A DNA stretch of 64,000 nt from Allosphingosinicella sp. (GTDB taxonomy: Bacteria > Pseudomonadota > Alphaproteobacteria > Sphingomonadales > Sphingomonadaceae). Shown piece after piece: positions 19,538 to 28,506 of this stretch. Position 1 is the first letter of the stretch. Each line of letters starts with the position of its first letter. The stretch covers positions 1,295 through 65,294 of the forward strand of contig DASQLT010000070.1 in NCBI GenBank assembly GCA_035629855.1. Direction: 5' to 3'. Made by a program: the position numbers and the translations under genes. The notes beneath the pieces are model-generated. The model searched no databases and had not been told where the DNA came from. It saw nothing but the letters and a program-made list of their open reading frames with translations.

Positions 19538-20431
19538 TCAGCTCGAACCGGGGCCGAAGCCGACTTCGACGCGCCGGTTCTGCGGCTCGCGGACACCGTC
19601 GGCCGTCTCCACCAGCGGCCGGCTCTCGCCGGACGCTTCCGTGGTCATGACGCCGTCGGGGATGCCCCTGCCGGCCAGGTACGAACGGACGTTCGCGGCG
19701 CGACGCTGCGAGAGACCGACGTTGTACTGGTCCGGACCCGAACGATCGGCGTGGCCCGCGATCATCACCTGGGCCTGGGGGCCGCAGGTCTGATAAGCGG
19801 AAGCCGCATTGTCGAGGGTCGCCGAAGCCTGCGGAGCGATCTCGTCGCGATCCCAGTCGAAGAAGACCATGAACGGACCCGCGACGCAGGGCGGCGGAGG
19901 CGGCGGAGGAGTCGGCTCGACCGGCGGTGGGACCGGCACCGGCGGTGGTACAAGGGGCGGCGGCGGCGAGGGCGGCGGCCCACTGGCGCCAATAGTCTGC
20001 TGCAGATGCTGCGCGGCTTGCCGGGCGGCCAGCAGTTGGTGGCTGCAATAAGCGGCGGGTCCCGTGCATTTCACCGACTTTTGAACGGTCGATCGACCGG
20101 TCGTCTCGGTCACGGTGCTTTCCACCTGAACCGTCGCCATCCCTCCGCCTTGATTGGCCGGGGGTGAAGTGGCCGCTGCCTGCGGTCCCGAAGGCGCGGG
20201 AACTGCCGGCACGGCCCCGCCTGCCAGGACGTTGCCGGTTTCCGCCGATGGCGAAGGCCTTCCGGATTGCCCGAAGGAAAATAATCCCGAGTAGACCGCA
20301 AGTCCGCCCAGACCGCCCAAGCTGCCGAACGCGGTGACGAGAGTCGCCCAAGCCTTCAGCCGCTCGGTCCGGCGCTCATATTGCGCACCGGATTGCTGGC
20401 TATCGCGGCGAACCTTTGCCTTCCTTGCCAC
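19538..20431 (-). CDS. OmpA-family peptidoglycan-binding protein with membrane anchor and Pro-rich linker
   Basis: C-terminal OmpA-like domain FDWDRDEI...IAGHADRSGPDQYNVGLSQRRA...NRRVEV. PPPP-rich linker. Confidence 0.85.
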   Translation of the reverse strand: MARKAKVRRDSQQSGAQYERRTERLKAWATLVTAFGSLGGLGGLAVYSGLFSFGQSGRPSPSAETGNVLAGGAVPAVPAPSGPQAAATSPPANQGGGMATVQVESTVTETTGRSTVQKSVKCTGPAAYCSHQLLAARQAAQHLQQTIGASGPPPSPPPPLVPPPVPVPPPVEPTPPPPPPPCVAGPFMVFFDWDRDEIAPQASATLDNAASAYQTCGPQAQVMIAGHADRSGPDQYNVGLSQRRAANVRSYLAGRGIPDGVMTTEASGESRPLVETADGVREPQNRRVEVGFGPGSS

Positions 20432-20571
20432 GGATCACCTCCCCCCGAGGGTGAAGCGGAAAGATATACTACAAAAGAGGGCGGCAAGACAAAGCGCGAT
20501 TACCTTATCGAGGCTACGTCCCTGCCGGCGCCCGCGAGCGGCGAGAAAAAAGCGCTCGGGGATTCCGGTGA

Positions 20572-20647
20572 CTGTCACCAGCAGGAGAATTCGGAGACGC
20601 CGGTGGCTGTCATCAGTCTTTTGAGGCGGCTGTCACCCGACTGTACG
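20572..20647 (+). promoter_or_regulatory. four same-strand CTGT(C/A)(A/C) heptamer repeats with ~11-bp phasing (Pho-box-like)
   Basis: CTGTCAC at 20572, CTGTCAT at 20607, then CTGTCAC-CCGA-CTGTACG at 20630-20647. Spacings are 35, 23 and 11 nt. The first sits inside the palindrome GGTGACTGTCACC (20567-20579). Confidence 0.25.
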
Positions 20648-20655
20648 GCGAGAAG

Positions 20656-20737
20656 CCGGAATCCATGGACACGGACCCTCCGAAGATAGTCTTATCGCGC
20701 GGCAGTCATGGATGCCGGGTAGAGCCCGGCATGACGG
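20656..20737. repeat. REP-like element, family C (partial)
   Basis: CCGGAATCCATGGAC ... GTCATGGATGCCGGGTAGAGCCCGGCATGACGG. Confidence 0.75.
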
Positions 20738-20748
20738 AAGGGAGGCGA

Positions 20749-21393
20749 ATGCGCGCGCTGGTGAAATGGACCGCGGCCGGGCTGGTTCTCCTCGCCCTGA
20801 TCCTGGGTCCGTTTCTTCTGTTCGAGGGGCAGGTCGCCGGATTTACGGGCGGGCTGCTCGGAACTGGCGCTCAGGCCGGAGCCCTGCTCGCCCTCCTCAT
20901 CCTTGCCCTGTTCGCCGGCGACGTCTTCCTGCCGGTGCCGTCCAGCCTGGTCAGCGTCGCGGCGGTGGCGCTGTTCGGATGGGCGGGCGGAGTGCTGATC
21001 TGGGTCGGAATGACGATCGGCTGCGGCCTGGGCTATTGGCTCGGAAGCCGGGCCGGTCGGCCGCTGGCGGAGCGCTTCATCGGCCCGGACGAGGTCGCCC
21101 GCGCCGAGCGCATCGCCGCGAACCTGGGGCCGGCGACCCTCGTCCTCGCCCGCGCCGTGCCGGTGCTGGCCGAGGTCTCGACCGTGGCCGCGGGCCTCGC
21201 GGCGATGCCCCCCGGCCGTTTCGCTCTGGCCACCGGGCTCGCCAATGCGGGCATCGCGCTCGTCTATGTCGCGTGGGGCGCCGCAGCGGCGGGCTCGGCC
21301 GGATCCTTCGTCATCCTGTTCCTGGCCGCCGTCGCCGTCCCGGCCTTCGGCTGGGCCGCTCTACGGCTTTTCACCCGGTTTCGAACTCTCTGA
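20749..21393 (+). CDS. DedA/VTT family membrane protein
   Basis: Multi-pass hydrophobic protein with FLPVPSS and GYWLGSRAGRPL motifs. ATG at 20749 is preceded by GGAAGGGAGG. Confidence 0.75.
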   Translation: MRALVKWTAAGLVLLALILGPFLLFEGQVAGFTGGLLGTGAQAGALLALLILALFAGDVFLPVPSSLVSVAAVALFGWAGGVLIWVGMTIGCGLGYWLGSRAGRPLAERFIGPDEVARAERIAANLGPATLVLARAVPVLAEVSTVAAGLAAMPPGRFALATGLANAGIALVYVAWGAAAAGSAGSFVILFLAAVAVPAFGWAALRLFTRFRTL

Positions 21394-21400
21394 GCAGGGC

Positions 21401-21438
21401 AAAAAAAAGGCTCCCGCGACGGCGACGCCGCGGGAGCC
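21401..21438 (-). terminator. rho-independent terminator of the protease gene
   Basis: 10-bp GC stem GGCTCCCGCG / CGCGGGAGCC with a 10-nt loop, followed on the minus strand by T8 (A-run 21401-21408). Confidence 0.8.
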
Positions 21439-21456
21439 CGAGAGAGATTGCTCAGA

Positions 21457-23808
21457 TCAGACGAACAGGAAGTCGCTCGCCGTCAGATTGACGTTCTGGG
21501 TCACGAACGAGAAGTCGGCGACCCCGTCGTTGTTGACGTCGACGAAGACGTTGCCGCCCGAGCCGAAGGTCACGTCGCCGGCATCGATTCCGAACGCCTT
21601 CAGGTCGATCTTGTCCTGGCCGCGCTTGAAGTCTTCGATCACGTCCGCACCGCCGACGCTGTCGGAGCCGAAGCGGAAGATGTCGTTGCCGTTGTCGCCG
21701 CGGAGACGATCGTTGCCCGCGCCGCCGTCGACAATGTCGTTGCCGTTGCCGGCTTCGAGGACGTCGTCGCCGAGACCGCCGAGGAGAACGTCGTTGCCGT
21801 TGTCGCCCGTGAGGCGATCGACGCCGGCTCCGCCGTCGACCTGATCGTCGCCGTTACCGGCGTCGAGGATGTCGTCGCCGAGACCGCCGAGGAGACCGTC
21901 ATTGCCGTTGCCGCCGGTGAGGCGATCGTTGTCGGCGCCGCCGTCGAGCTGATCGTTGCCGTTGCCGCCATCGAGCAGATCGCTCCCGGCAAGCCCGCTC
22001 AGGCGATCGTTGCCGTTGCTGCCACCGAGGATGTCGGCGAAGTTGCTGCCCTCGACGCCTTCGATCGAGATCAGCTTGTCGCCGGTGGCGTACCCGCCGC
22101 TGACGGTGCCCGAGAGGTTGACGTTCACTCCGGAAGTCGACTCACGGTAGCTGACCGTGTCGAAGCCGGCACCGCCGTTGATCACGTTGGCGACGGCATT
22201 GGCCACGATCAGATTGTCGAGCCCGTTGCCGGTGCCGTTGGCGGCGGAGCCGGTGAGGATCAGATTCTCGACATTGTTGCCCAGAGTGTAGCTGATCCCG
22301 CTGGACACGGTGTCGGTGCCTTCGCCGGCCAGCTCGGAGACCGAATCGCCGACAGCGTCGATGAAGTAGGTATCGTTGCCGGTACCGCCCGTCATCGAAT
22401 CGTTGCCGACGCCGCCGTCGAGCGAGTCGTCGCCGACGTTGCCGTTCAGGGTGTCGTCGCCGGCGAGGCCGTTGAGAACGTCGTTGCCGGCATTGCCGGT
22501 GAGGACGTTGGCGACCTCGTTGCCGAACATCGTGTCCGCGCCGCTGCCGCCGATCGCATTCTCGATCGTGACGCCATAAGCGATCCCGAAGTTATCGGTC
22601 AGACGGCCGACCACCGGGTTGGCGAGCAACGCCGCCATGTTGGAGTTGTAGGTGGTCAGAGCGACGGGGGCGAGGCCCTCGGCGGCCCGGTTGGCGTTCA
22701 CCTGAGCGAGCGTCGGAGCGGTGTCGTAGGTGACTCCGCCGATGCTCGAGAGCGAACCGGCCCGAAGGTCGATCAGCTGCGTGGTGGCGAAACCCGAGGT
22801 ATCGAGCGTGTCGATCCCGCCGGCATCCCAGATCGCGCCGATCGGGGCCGGGGTCTTGACGAAGTCGAACGCGTCACGGCCGGCAGTGCTGTTGAAGCCG
22901 TAGACGGTGTCGCCGGTCCGGGTGGTCATGTCGGCACCGTAGACGCGCTGGGCCGCCAGGATGTCGTGGATCAGCGGAGCGCCCGCATAAGCGGTCGTCG
23001 ACATGTGGAAGTCGAAGTGCCGGGCGCCCAGCGAGCTCGCCTCGAAATAGGACATGATCGAATAGGCGCGAGTGTCCTGCGCATATTCGGCATTGGCGCC
23101 GTAGGTGATCGAGAGGCCGGGAGCGGCGTTGTAGGCGCCCGGGTGCGAAAGGCCGAGCGCGTGGCCGATCTCGTGCGCCATCGTCTGCATGCCGTAGCGG
23201 CCTTCGTCGAGCTGAAGGTTGCTGGGCTGGCTCAGCGAAATCCAGACGTCGCCGCCGACTTCGAGGATCTGCGCGTTGATGTCCGGGTTGGACGTCAGCA
23301 CCGGGCGCGGCACATAGGCATAGGCCTGGGTGGTCGGAGCGCTGGCGAGATTGCCGAAGGCGATGTCGGCGGAGTCGATGTCGCTCTCGACGAGGCTGAC
23401 GGCGATGAGGTCGTCCCAGGACTGGAGAGCCTCGCGGGCGGCCGCCTTCTGGGCGTCGTTAAACTGCGCGAAGTTGAAATATTCGGAGAAAGCGAAACCG
23501 TTGTCGCCGACGAAATAGACGTAGCCGTTGTCCTGAAGGCTCTGCTGGCCGGTGTGGAAGCCGAACTTGATCACCGACAGGTCGGAATCGCTCTGCGGGC
23601 CGGCCTGGGGGCCGCCGTGGAAACCGCCGCCGGTGCGGTTGAAATAGGCCGCTACCTGCTCGGGCGTCCAGATCGGCTTGCCGTTGGGGTGGCTAGTGCC
23701 GCCCTGCGGATCCAGGGAGACGAACTCGGACCCGGGTTCGCCGTGGCCGTGGCCGTCGCCGGACTGCTCGATCTGGAGTTCGGACAGGTTATAATTTTGT
23801 TCTGGCAT
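21457..23808 (-). CDS. serralysin-like M10 zinc metalloprotease with long RTX (GGxGxD) repeat domain
   Basis: HEIGHALGLSHP zinc site, SIMSY Met-turn, more than a dozen GGxGxD nonapeptides and a C-terminal ...SDFLFV typical of T1SS substrates. ATG at 23808 is preceded by AGGAGG. Confidence 0.9.
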   Translation of the reverse strand: MPEQNYNLSELQIEQSGDGHGHGEPGSEFVSLDPQGGTSHPNGKPIWTPEQVAAYFNRTGGGFHGGPQAGPQSDSDLSVIKFGFHTGQQSLQDNGYVYFVGDNGFAFSEYFNFAQFNDAQKAAAREALQSWDDLIAVSLVESDIDSADIAFGNLASAPTTQAYAYVPRPVLTSNPDINAQILEVGGDVWISLSQPSNLQLDEGRYGMQTMAHEIGHALGLSHPGAYNAAPGLSITYGANAEYAQDTRAYSIMSYFEASSLGARHFDFHMSTTAYAGAPLIHDILAAQRVYGADMTTRTGDTVYGFNSTAGRDAFDFVKTPAPIGAIWDAGGIDTLDTSGFATTQLIDLRAGSLSSIGGVTYDTAPTLAQVNANRAAEGLAPVALTTYNSNMAALLANPVVGRLTDNFGIAYGVTIENAIGGSGADTMFGNEVANVLTGNAGNDVLNGLAGDDTLNGNVGDDSLDGGVGNDSMTGGTGNDTYFIDAVGDSVSELAGEGTDTVSSGISYTLGNNVENLILTGSAANGTGNGLDNLIVANAVANVINGGAGFDTVSYRESTSGVNVNLSGTVSGGYATGDKLISIEGVEGSNFADILGGSNGNDRLSGLAGSDLLDGGNGNDQLDGGADNDRLTGGNGNDGLLGGLGDDILDAGNGDDQVDGGAGVDRLTGDNGNDVLLGGLGDDVLEAGNGNDIVDGGAGNDRLRGDNGNDIFRFGSDSVGGADVIEDFKRGQDKIDLKAFGIDAGDVTFGSGGNVFVDVNNDGVADFSFVTQNVNLTASDFLFV

Positions 23809-23836
23809 TGAAATACCCCTCCTAAAGGCATTGGAA

Positions 23837-24352
23837 TCAGCGAATGGGTCGTGCACCGGCCGGGCGGCTCAGCCACGGCAGGGTTTCGGACAAGGCGGCG
23901 CCGAGCGCGGCCTCGAATTCTTTTGCGGGCCGGGCCGGGCCGGCGAGCGCAACCGCCCGCGGCGCCGCGGTGAACAGCAAGGCCTCGCCGGAATTGCGGT
24001 ACGGCCGGATTGAAAAGGCGAGCATTCCGCTTCGGGCCGAGGCCTGGACGAGCAGGGTCACGCTGCCCGGAGCGAGAACCGCCGGATCGCCCGGGGCGAT
24101 GATCCCGACCGGCGCCGGCGAGCCGGCCGCGGCCGCATCGCGCACGCCGTTGCAGATACGGTCGTGGAGCGCGCCGCGCTCGACCCCGAGATCGGTTTGC
24201 ACGAGGCACAGGACATTCACACGGGCGACGTCGCGCCAGATCAGGGGTGGGGTCGAGGCTTCGGCACGCGCGGCGGTCACCGGTTCGGCTCCGCAAGCGG
24301 AGAGCAGGGCGAGCGCGATGCACGCACGTGCAAATGATCCAACAAATTGCAT
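23837..24352 (-). CDS. hypothetical lipoprotein upstream of the protease
   Basis: Lipobox ALALLSAC. No recognisable domain. Confidence 0.5.
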   Translation of the reverse strand: MQFVGSFARACIALALLSACGAEPVTAARAEASTPPLIWRDVARVNVLCLVQTDLGVERGALHDRICNGVRDAAAAGSPAPVGIIAPGDPAVLAPGSVTLLVQASARSGMLAFSIRPYRNSGEALLFTAAPRAVALAGPARPAKEFEAALGAALSETLPWLSRPAGARPIR

Positions 24353-24635
24353 GGCTTAATGCCCCACGGCCCCGGCAAACGGCGATACGCTCACCACGGC
24401 GACCCCATTTGCTAAGTGGTTCGCTTAATTAGAAAAATTCCGCCCGTCAATTCTCGATAATGCAGAGTCTTAATATTTATCCTCCGCTAAGCCGATAAAC
24501 CGGTCAACCTGGCGCAATTGACCCATTGTCCCGGGATCGGACGCGGTCGGGCCGCTTCGCAACGGGCCGGGTCGGCACGCCGCCCGGGAGGAATGGCTTG
24601 CACGGCGCCCGCCATCGGCGCTAGTCCGCGCGGCC

Positions 24636-25022
24636 ATGGGCGTTCTCAAAAAGCTCTTCACCTGGTGGGACGGGGCGACCCTGACGACCTCGCTTCACCT
24701 GCGCCGCCACGGCCGCAAGGTCGGCAGCGATTCGAGCGGCAATATCTATTACGCCTCGAAGAAGGGGAGCCGCCGATTCGTCTCCTACGAAGGCGCCAAC
24801 GATCCCAGCCGGATCCCGCCCGAATGGTATAGCTGGCTTCACCACCAGATCGAGGACGTACCGGACGAATCGATGCCGCCGCCTCCGAAATTCCTCAGGG
24901 AGCCGGAGCCCAATCGCACCGGCACCCCGCTCGCTTATCGTCCCTCGGGCGCGCTGGAGCTGGGCGCACAGCGTCCGGCGGCGAGCGGCGACTATGAGGC
25001 CTGGACTCCGGACCAGGCATGA
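24636..25022 (+). CDS. NADH:ubiquinone oxidoreductase subunit NDUFA12-like protein
   Basis: MGVLKKLFTWWDG...GNIYY...IPPEWYSWLHH pattern of the NDUFA12 family. Confidence 0.85.
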   Translation: MGVLKKLFTWWDGATLTTSLHLRRHGRKVGSDSSGNIYYASKKGSRRFVSYEGANDPSRIPPEWYSWLHHQIEDVPDESMPPPPKFLREPEPNRTGTPLAYRPSGALELGAQRPAASGDYEAWTPDQA

Positions 25023-25660
25023 GGCTTCCGCTCGGCGTCGCTCTCCTGCTCGCGACCGCGCTCGCCGGCTGTGACGGGGGCGCTGAACGGAGGGCCGAGG
25101 GCGCACGCCAGGCGGCCGGCGAGCCGCGCACGGTGGACATTCCGCAAAACGTGACCGCGGTTGCGCCGGGCACGACTCCGATGGCGGAGCGGGTGGCGGT
25201 GATCGGACTTCTCAACAAGCGCAACGGAATCTCGCGCACAATCACCCTCAAGCCCGGCCAGGCCGTGCGCCTGGGGGACGCGATCGTCAGGCTGCGCGCT
25301 TGCGAGACGGCCGCGCCTTGGGAAGTGCAGGCCCTGACCGGGGCCTTCGTCCAGCTCGACGTCCGCAACCCTCAGGGCCGCTGGCAGCGCGTCTTCTCGG
25401 GCTGGCTCTACAAGGAGACCCCGTCGCTCAACGTCGTCGAGCATCCGATCTACGACGTCTGGCCCAAGAGCTGCGCGATGACGCACCCGGAAGCGGGCGA
25501 GTCGACGGTTCGGGCGGAGTCCGCGGCGAGCAGCCGGTCGAGAGCGCCGAATTCGGCGCCGACGCCTCGTCCTTCGAGCCCGGCGACCCCGGGTCCCGCC
25601 CCGTCCCCCGAGCCGTCCGGAGCGCCCACCGACAGCGCGGATTCCAACAGCGCCAGATAA
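25019..25660 (+). CDS. DUF2155-like lipoprotein with low-complexity C-terminal extension
   Basis: Lipobox LAGC and core LNKRNGISRTITLKPGQAVRLGDAIVRLRACE...SGWLYKETPSLN. This is the usual partner of the NDUFA12-like gene. The last ~70 codons overlap aat on the other strand. Confidence 0.7.
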   Translation: MRLPLGVALLLATALAGCDGGAERRAEGARQAAGEPRTVDIPQNVTAVAPGTTPMAERVAVIGLLNKRNGISRTITLKPGQAVRLGDAIVRLRACETAAPWEVQALTGAFVQLDVRNPQGRWQRVFSGWLYKETPSLNVVEHPIYDVWPKSCAMTHPEAGESTVRAESAASSRSRAPNSAPTPRPSSPATPGPAPSPEPSGAPTDSADSNSAR

Positions 25661-26190
25661 TCTTCCTGAGTGACCTCGACCGCGCCGAGGCTTCGCAGAT
25701 GATCGGTCATGAACTGGCAGTCGAGCAGCCGGTAGCCGCCGACCTTCAGCCGCGCCACCAGCCAGGCCAGAGCCACCTTGGAGGCGTCGCGCCGGGCCGA
25801 GAACATGCTCTCGCCGAAGAAGGCCGCGCCGAGGCCGACTCCGTAAAGTCCGCCGGCGAGCTTGCCCTCATGCCAGCATTCGATCGAATGGGCGTGGCCG
25901 CGGTCGTGGAGCAGGCCGTAGCTCGCCTCGATATCGGCATTGATCCAGGTTTCCTCGCGTTCGGCGCAATGCCGGACGATTTCGGCGAAGGCGGTGTCGT
26001 GAGTGATCCGATATTCGCCCGAACGGACCGTCTTCCTCAGCGAGCGCGAGAGCCTGAAGCGATCGAGCGGAAGGATCGCGCGCCGCCGCGGCTCGACCCA
26101 GAAAACCTCCGCGGCGTCGCGGCTGTCCGACATCGGGAACACCCCGATCGCATAGGCGCGCAGCAGAAGGTCCGGATCGATCGCCGCCAT
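25450..26190 (-). CDS. aat: leucyl/phenylalanyl-tRNA--protein transferase
   Basis: LLRAYAIGVFPM...FWVEPRRRAILPL...ECWHEGKLAGGLYGVGLGAAFFGESMF pattern. Confidence 0.9.
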   Translation of the reverse strand: MAAIDPDLLLRAYAIGVFPMSDSRDAAEVFWVEPRRRAILPLDRFRLSRSLRKTVRSGEYRITHDTAFAEIVRHCAEREETWINADIEASYGLLHDRGHAHSIECWHEGKLAGGLYGVGLGAAFFGESMFSARRDASKVALAWLVARLKVGGYRLLDCQFMTDHLRSLGAVEVTQEDYLALLESALSVGAPDGSGDGAGPGVAGLEGRGVGAEFGALDRLLAADSARTVDSPASGCVIAQLLGQTS

Positions 26191-26244
26191 CGCTGCCCGT
26201 CTAGCGGCACGCGGAGGCGGACAGAAGCCGTGGATTTCTCCGGA

Positions 26245-26580
26245 TCAGAGGATTTCGCGGACCCTGTCCTGCGGCCGGCACAGCCGCACGCCCTTCTCGG
26301 TTTCGACCAAAGGGCGCTCGATGAGTGCGGGATTGCCCATCATCGCGTCGAGCACGACCTCGTCGCCGGCCTCCGCCACTTCGGCGGCGCCCTCTTCCTT
26401 GCGCCGCAGGCCCTCGGCCGGAGAGAGCCCGGCACGCTCGTAGAGCCGACGAAGCTCGTCACGGGCCGGCGGGGTCTTGAGATATTCGACGACAATTATG
26501 TCGGCGCCGCTCTCCTGAAGGATATCCAGCGTCTTGCGCGAGGTGCCGCAAGCGGGGTTGTGCCAGATCGTCGCCTTCAT
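26245..26580 (-). CDS. arsC: ArsC/Spx-family arsenate reductase-like protein
   Basis: MKATIWHNPACGTSRK N-terminus and IERPLV. ATG at 26580 is preceded by GGAG. Confidence 0.8.
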   Translation of the reverse strand: MKATIWHNPACGTSRKTLDILQESGADIIVVEYLKTPPARDELRRLYERAGLSPAEGLRRKEEGAAEVAEAGDEVVLDAMMGNPALIERPLVETEKGVRLCRPQDRVREIL

Positions 26581-26690
26581 TCTGTACTCCTGCAGGCTGT
26601 CGCCTACGCTGTAGGGCGGCCAGGGGCGTCTGTCTTTTCTTCCGTTCAGGGCGAACGGAGGCGGTAATGGTTCCTCGCCGATCCCGCCGC

Positions 26691-28418
26691 TCAGATCGAT
26701 TTCAGATATTCGAGCAGCGCCCGCTTTTCCGAGTCCGCGAGGCTGGTGCCATATTCGTGCCCGCACCGGCTCTCGCCCGAATCGAGGTCGCCGCAGCCCT
26801 TGGTGTCGCGCTCCTTGGCCGAAGGGCCCTGGTCCCGGGCGAGCCCGACCAGAGCCGTGTCGTAGCGGTTGCCGAGACGGAACGCCTTGGGCCGGTCGCC
26901 GGCCGGCTTGAGCAGGTCGGCGAGCGTGGGGACCGAGCCGTTGTGCAGATAGGGGGCGGCCGCCCAGATGCCTTCGAGGACCCGGGATTCATATTTGATC
27001 GGTCCGCCTTCCTTGCCGCAGCCCTGCGACGTGGGGGGTGCGTAGGTGCCGAGCAGCTGCGACAGCGGCGATATTCCGGAAGCCGAGCTCGCCGCTTCGG
27101 CCGGGGGAGGGGACTGGCCGTATTTGAAGATGTTGAGCTTGAGGCGCTTCTGCGCGATCGAGCCGATGACGGAGGTCGACAGCAGCTGGAAGGTGTCGGC
27201 GGTCGGGCCGATCGGTTTGCCGAAGGGGGGCCTGGCGCCCTCGTAGACCCCGGACTTCACCGTCCGGTGAAGGATCTTATATTGCTTCGAATCGGTGCCG
27301 ACGTCGCACAAAGGCGTGTCCCAGGTCGAGCTCGGCGGAATGAAGCGGAACGCGCCGGAGCGCTTGCCGTGGCAACCGACGCAGCCGCCCTGCCGCCAGT
27401 CGGCGCGGTCGAAAATCTTCTTGCCGTCGGCGGCGAGCCGAGCGTCATAGGCCCAGGGCCAGCGCGGCCAGCCGATCTTCTGGACGAGCGTCTCGATCCG
27501 CTCGAGCCCGTCCCAATCGGCGCTGTTGTTGACGAGGAAGTCGACATGGTCGCCCCGCCTCTGCGGCTGGAACACGCCGAAGACCCCGTAGACCTGCCCC
27601 AGGTTGCGGGCCATCGCGAACAGGCGGTCGCCGTTCTTGGCGAAGCCCGGCCATTGCGTCCTGTCCTGCTTGGGCGCGTTCCACAGGAAGGGATAGCGCA
27701 CCGGCGCGTCGGCGGGCGCGATGTTGCCTGGGATCAGGAAGCTCGGCGGCGGGCCGATGTCGAGCCCGACCAGGCGGTTGTAGATCATGCTGACCGCGTC
27801 GAGCCGGCCGAGCCCCCAGTCGACGCCCGCCAGCGAGCGGCTGATGAGCGCATGCTGGCGTTCGTACCAGGCCTCGACCTTCGGCCTCAGCGCGGCGGCG
27901 CTTCCCGACGGATCCCCGTTGGCGAGCGCGGCGGAGGCGAAGGCCGCGAAGGCGGCGTCGTCGGCGAGCACGCCGCCCACGGCCGAGTCGAGATCGCGAA
28001 GGAACGCCCCGAAATCGGCCAAAGCGGGGCCACCGTCGATTCGATATACCCGCCCCTCCGCGACGATCTGCCGAGTGTGGCACGCCGCACAGTTCATGCC
28101 GGCGTCGCGGTCCCGCGGGCCGGTCGGCATGAAGCCGACCGGAAGGTTGAACTTTCCGCCCGGATTCGGGAGATAGCCGTAGCGGGCGAGGCCATCGCCG
28201 AGGAACGGAGCGCCGTTCGCGGTCTTGAGCGAACGAAGCCAGGCCAGCGGGATGATCGGCGATCCCTGGTCGCGCGTGTAGAAATCGGCGCGATGGCTTG
28301 GCTTCCAATCCTTGCCCTGGGCGACGTAGATCGGATCGGCCGCCGTCGAGGCCTGGGGCGCCATCGCGGTCGCCGCGGCCAATATCCCGATTCCGAAAGC
28401 GAAACGTGTCGCGCGCAT
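26691..28418 (-). CDS. secreted di-haem c-type cytochrome (peroxidase/oxygenase-like)
   Basis: Two CxxCH motifs (CAACH, CVGCH) and a signal peptide AAATAMAPQASTA. The start (28418 or 28424) is uncertain. Confidence 0.6.
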   Translation of the reverse strand: MRATRFAFGIGILAAATAMAPQASTAADPIYVAQGKDWKPSHRADFYTRDQGSPIIPLAWLRSLKTANGAPFLGDGLARYGYLPNPGGKFNLPVGFMPTGPRDRDAGMNCAACHTRQIVAEGRVYRIDGGPALADFGAFLRDLDSAVGGVLADDAAFAAFASAALANGDPSGSAAALRPKVEAWYERQHALISRSLAGVDWGLGRLDAVSMIYNRLVGLDIGPPPSFLIPGNIAPADAPVRYPFLWNAPKQDRTQWPGFAKNGDRLFAMARNLGQVYGVFGVFQPQRRGDHVDFLVNNSADWDGLERIETLVQKIGWPRWPWAYDARLAADGKKIFDRADWRQGGCVGCHGKRSGAFRFIPPSSTWDTPLCDVGTDSKQYKILHRTVKSGVYEGARPPFGKPIGPTADTFQLLSTSVIGSIAQKRLKLNIFKYGQSPPPAEAASSASGISPLSQLLGTYAPPTSQGCGKEGGPIKYESRVLEGIWAAAPYLHNGSVPTLADLLKPAGDRPKAFRLGNRYDTALVGLARDQGPSAKERDTKGCGDLDSGESRCGHEYGTSLADSEKRALLEYLKSI

Positions 28419-28506
28419 GCCCATCCCCCCGAACAGAGCGGCGATGCTATCATGACCGCCGCCCGTCCTCAATCGGATGGCGGCCGCTACTTCCGTTTCG
28501 GCCCGA

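Noticed and set aside
24400-24500. AT-rich patch upstream of the NDUFA12-like gene, with a small dyad GGTCAA-N9-TTGACC.
   Set aside because: The 6-bp arms are short with no second occurrence. This is most simply ordinary promoter DNA for the divergent lipoprotein and NDUFA12-like genes.
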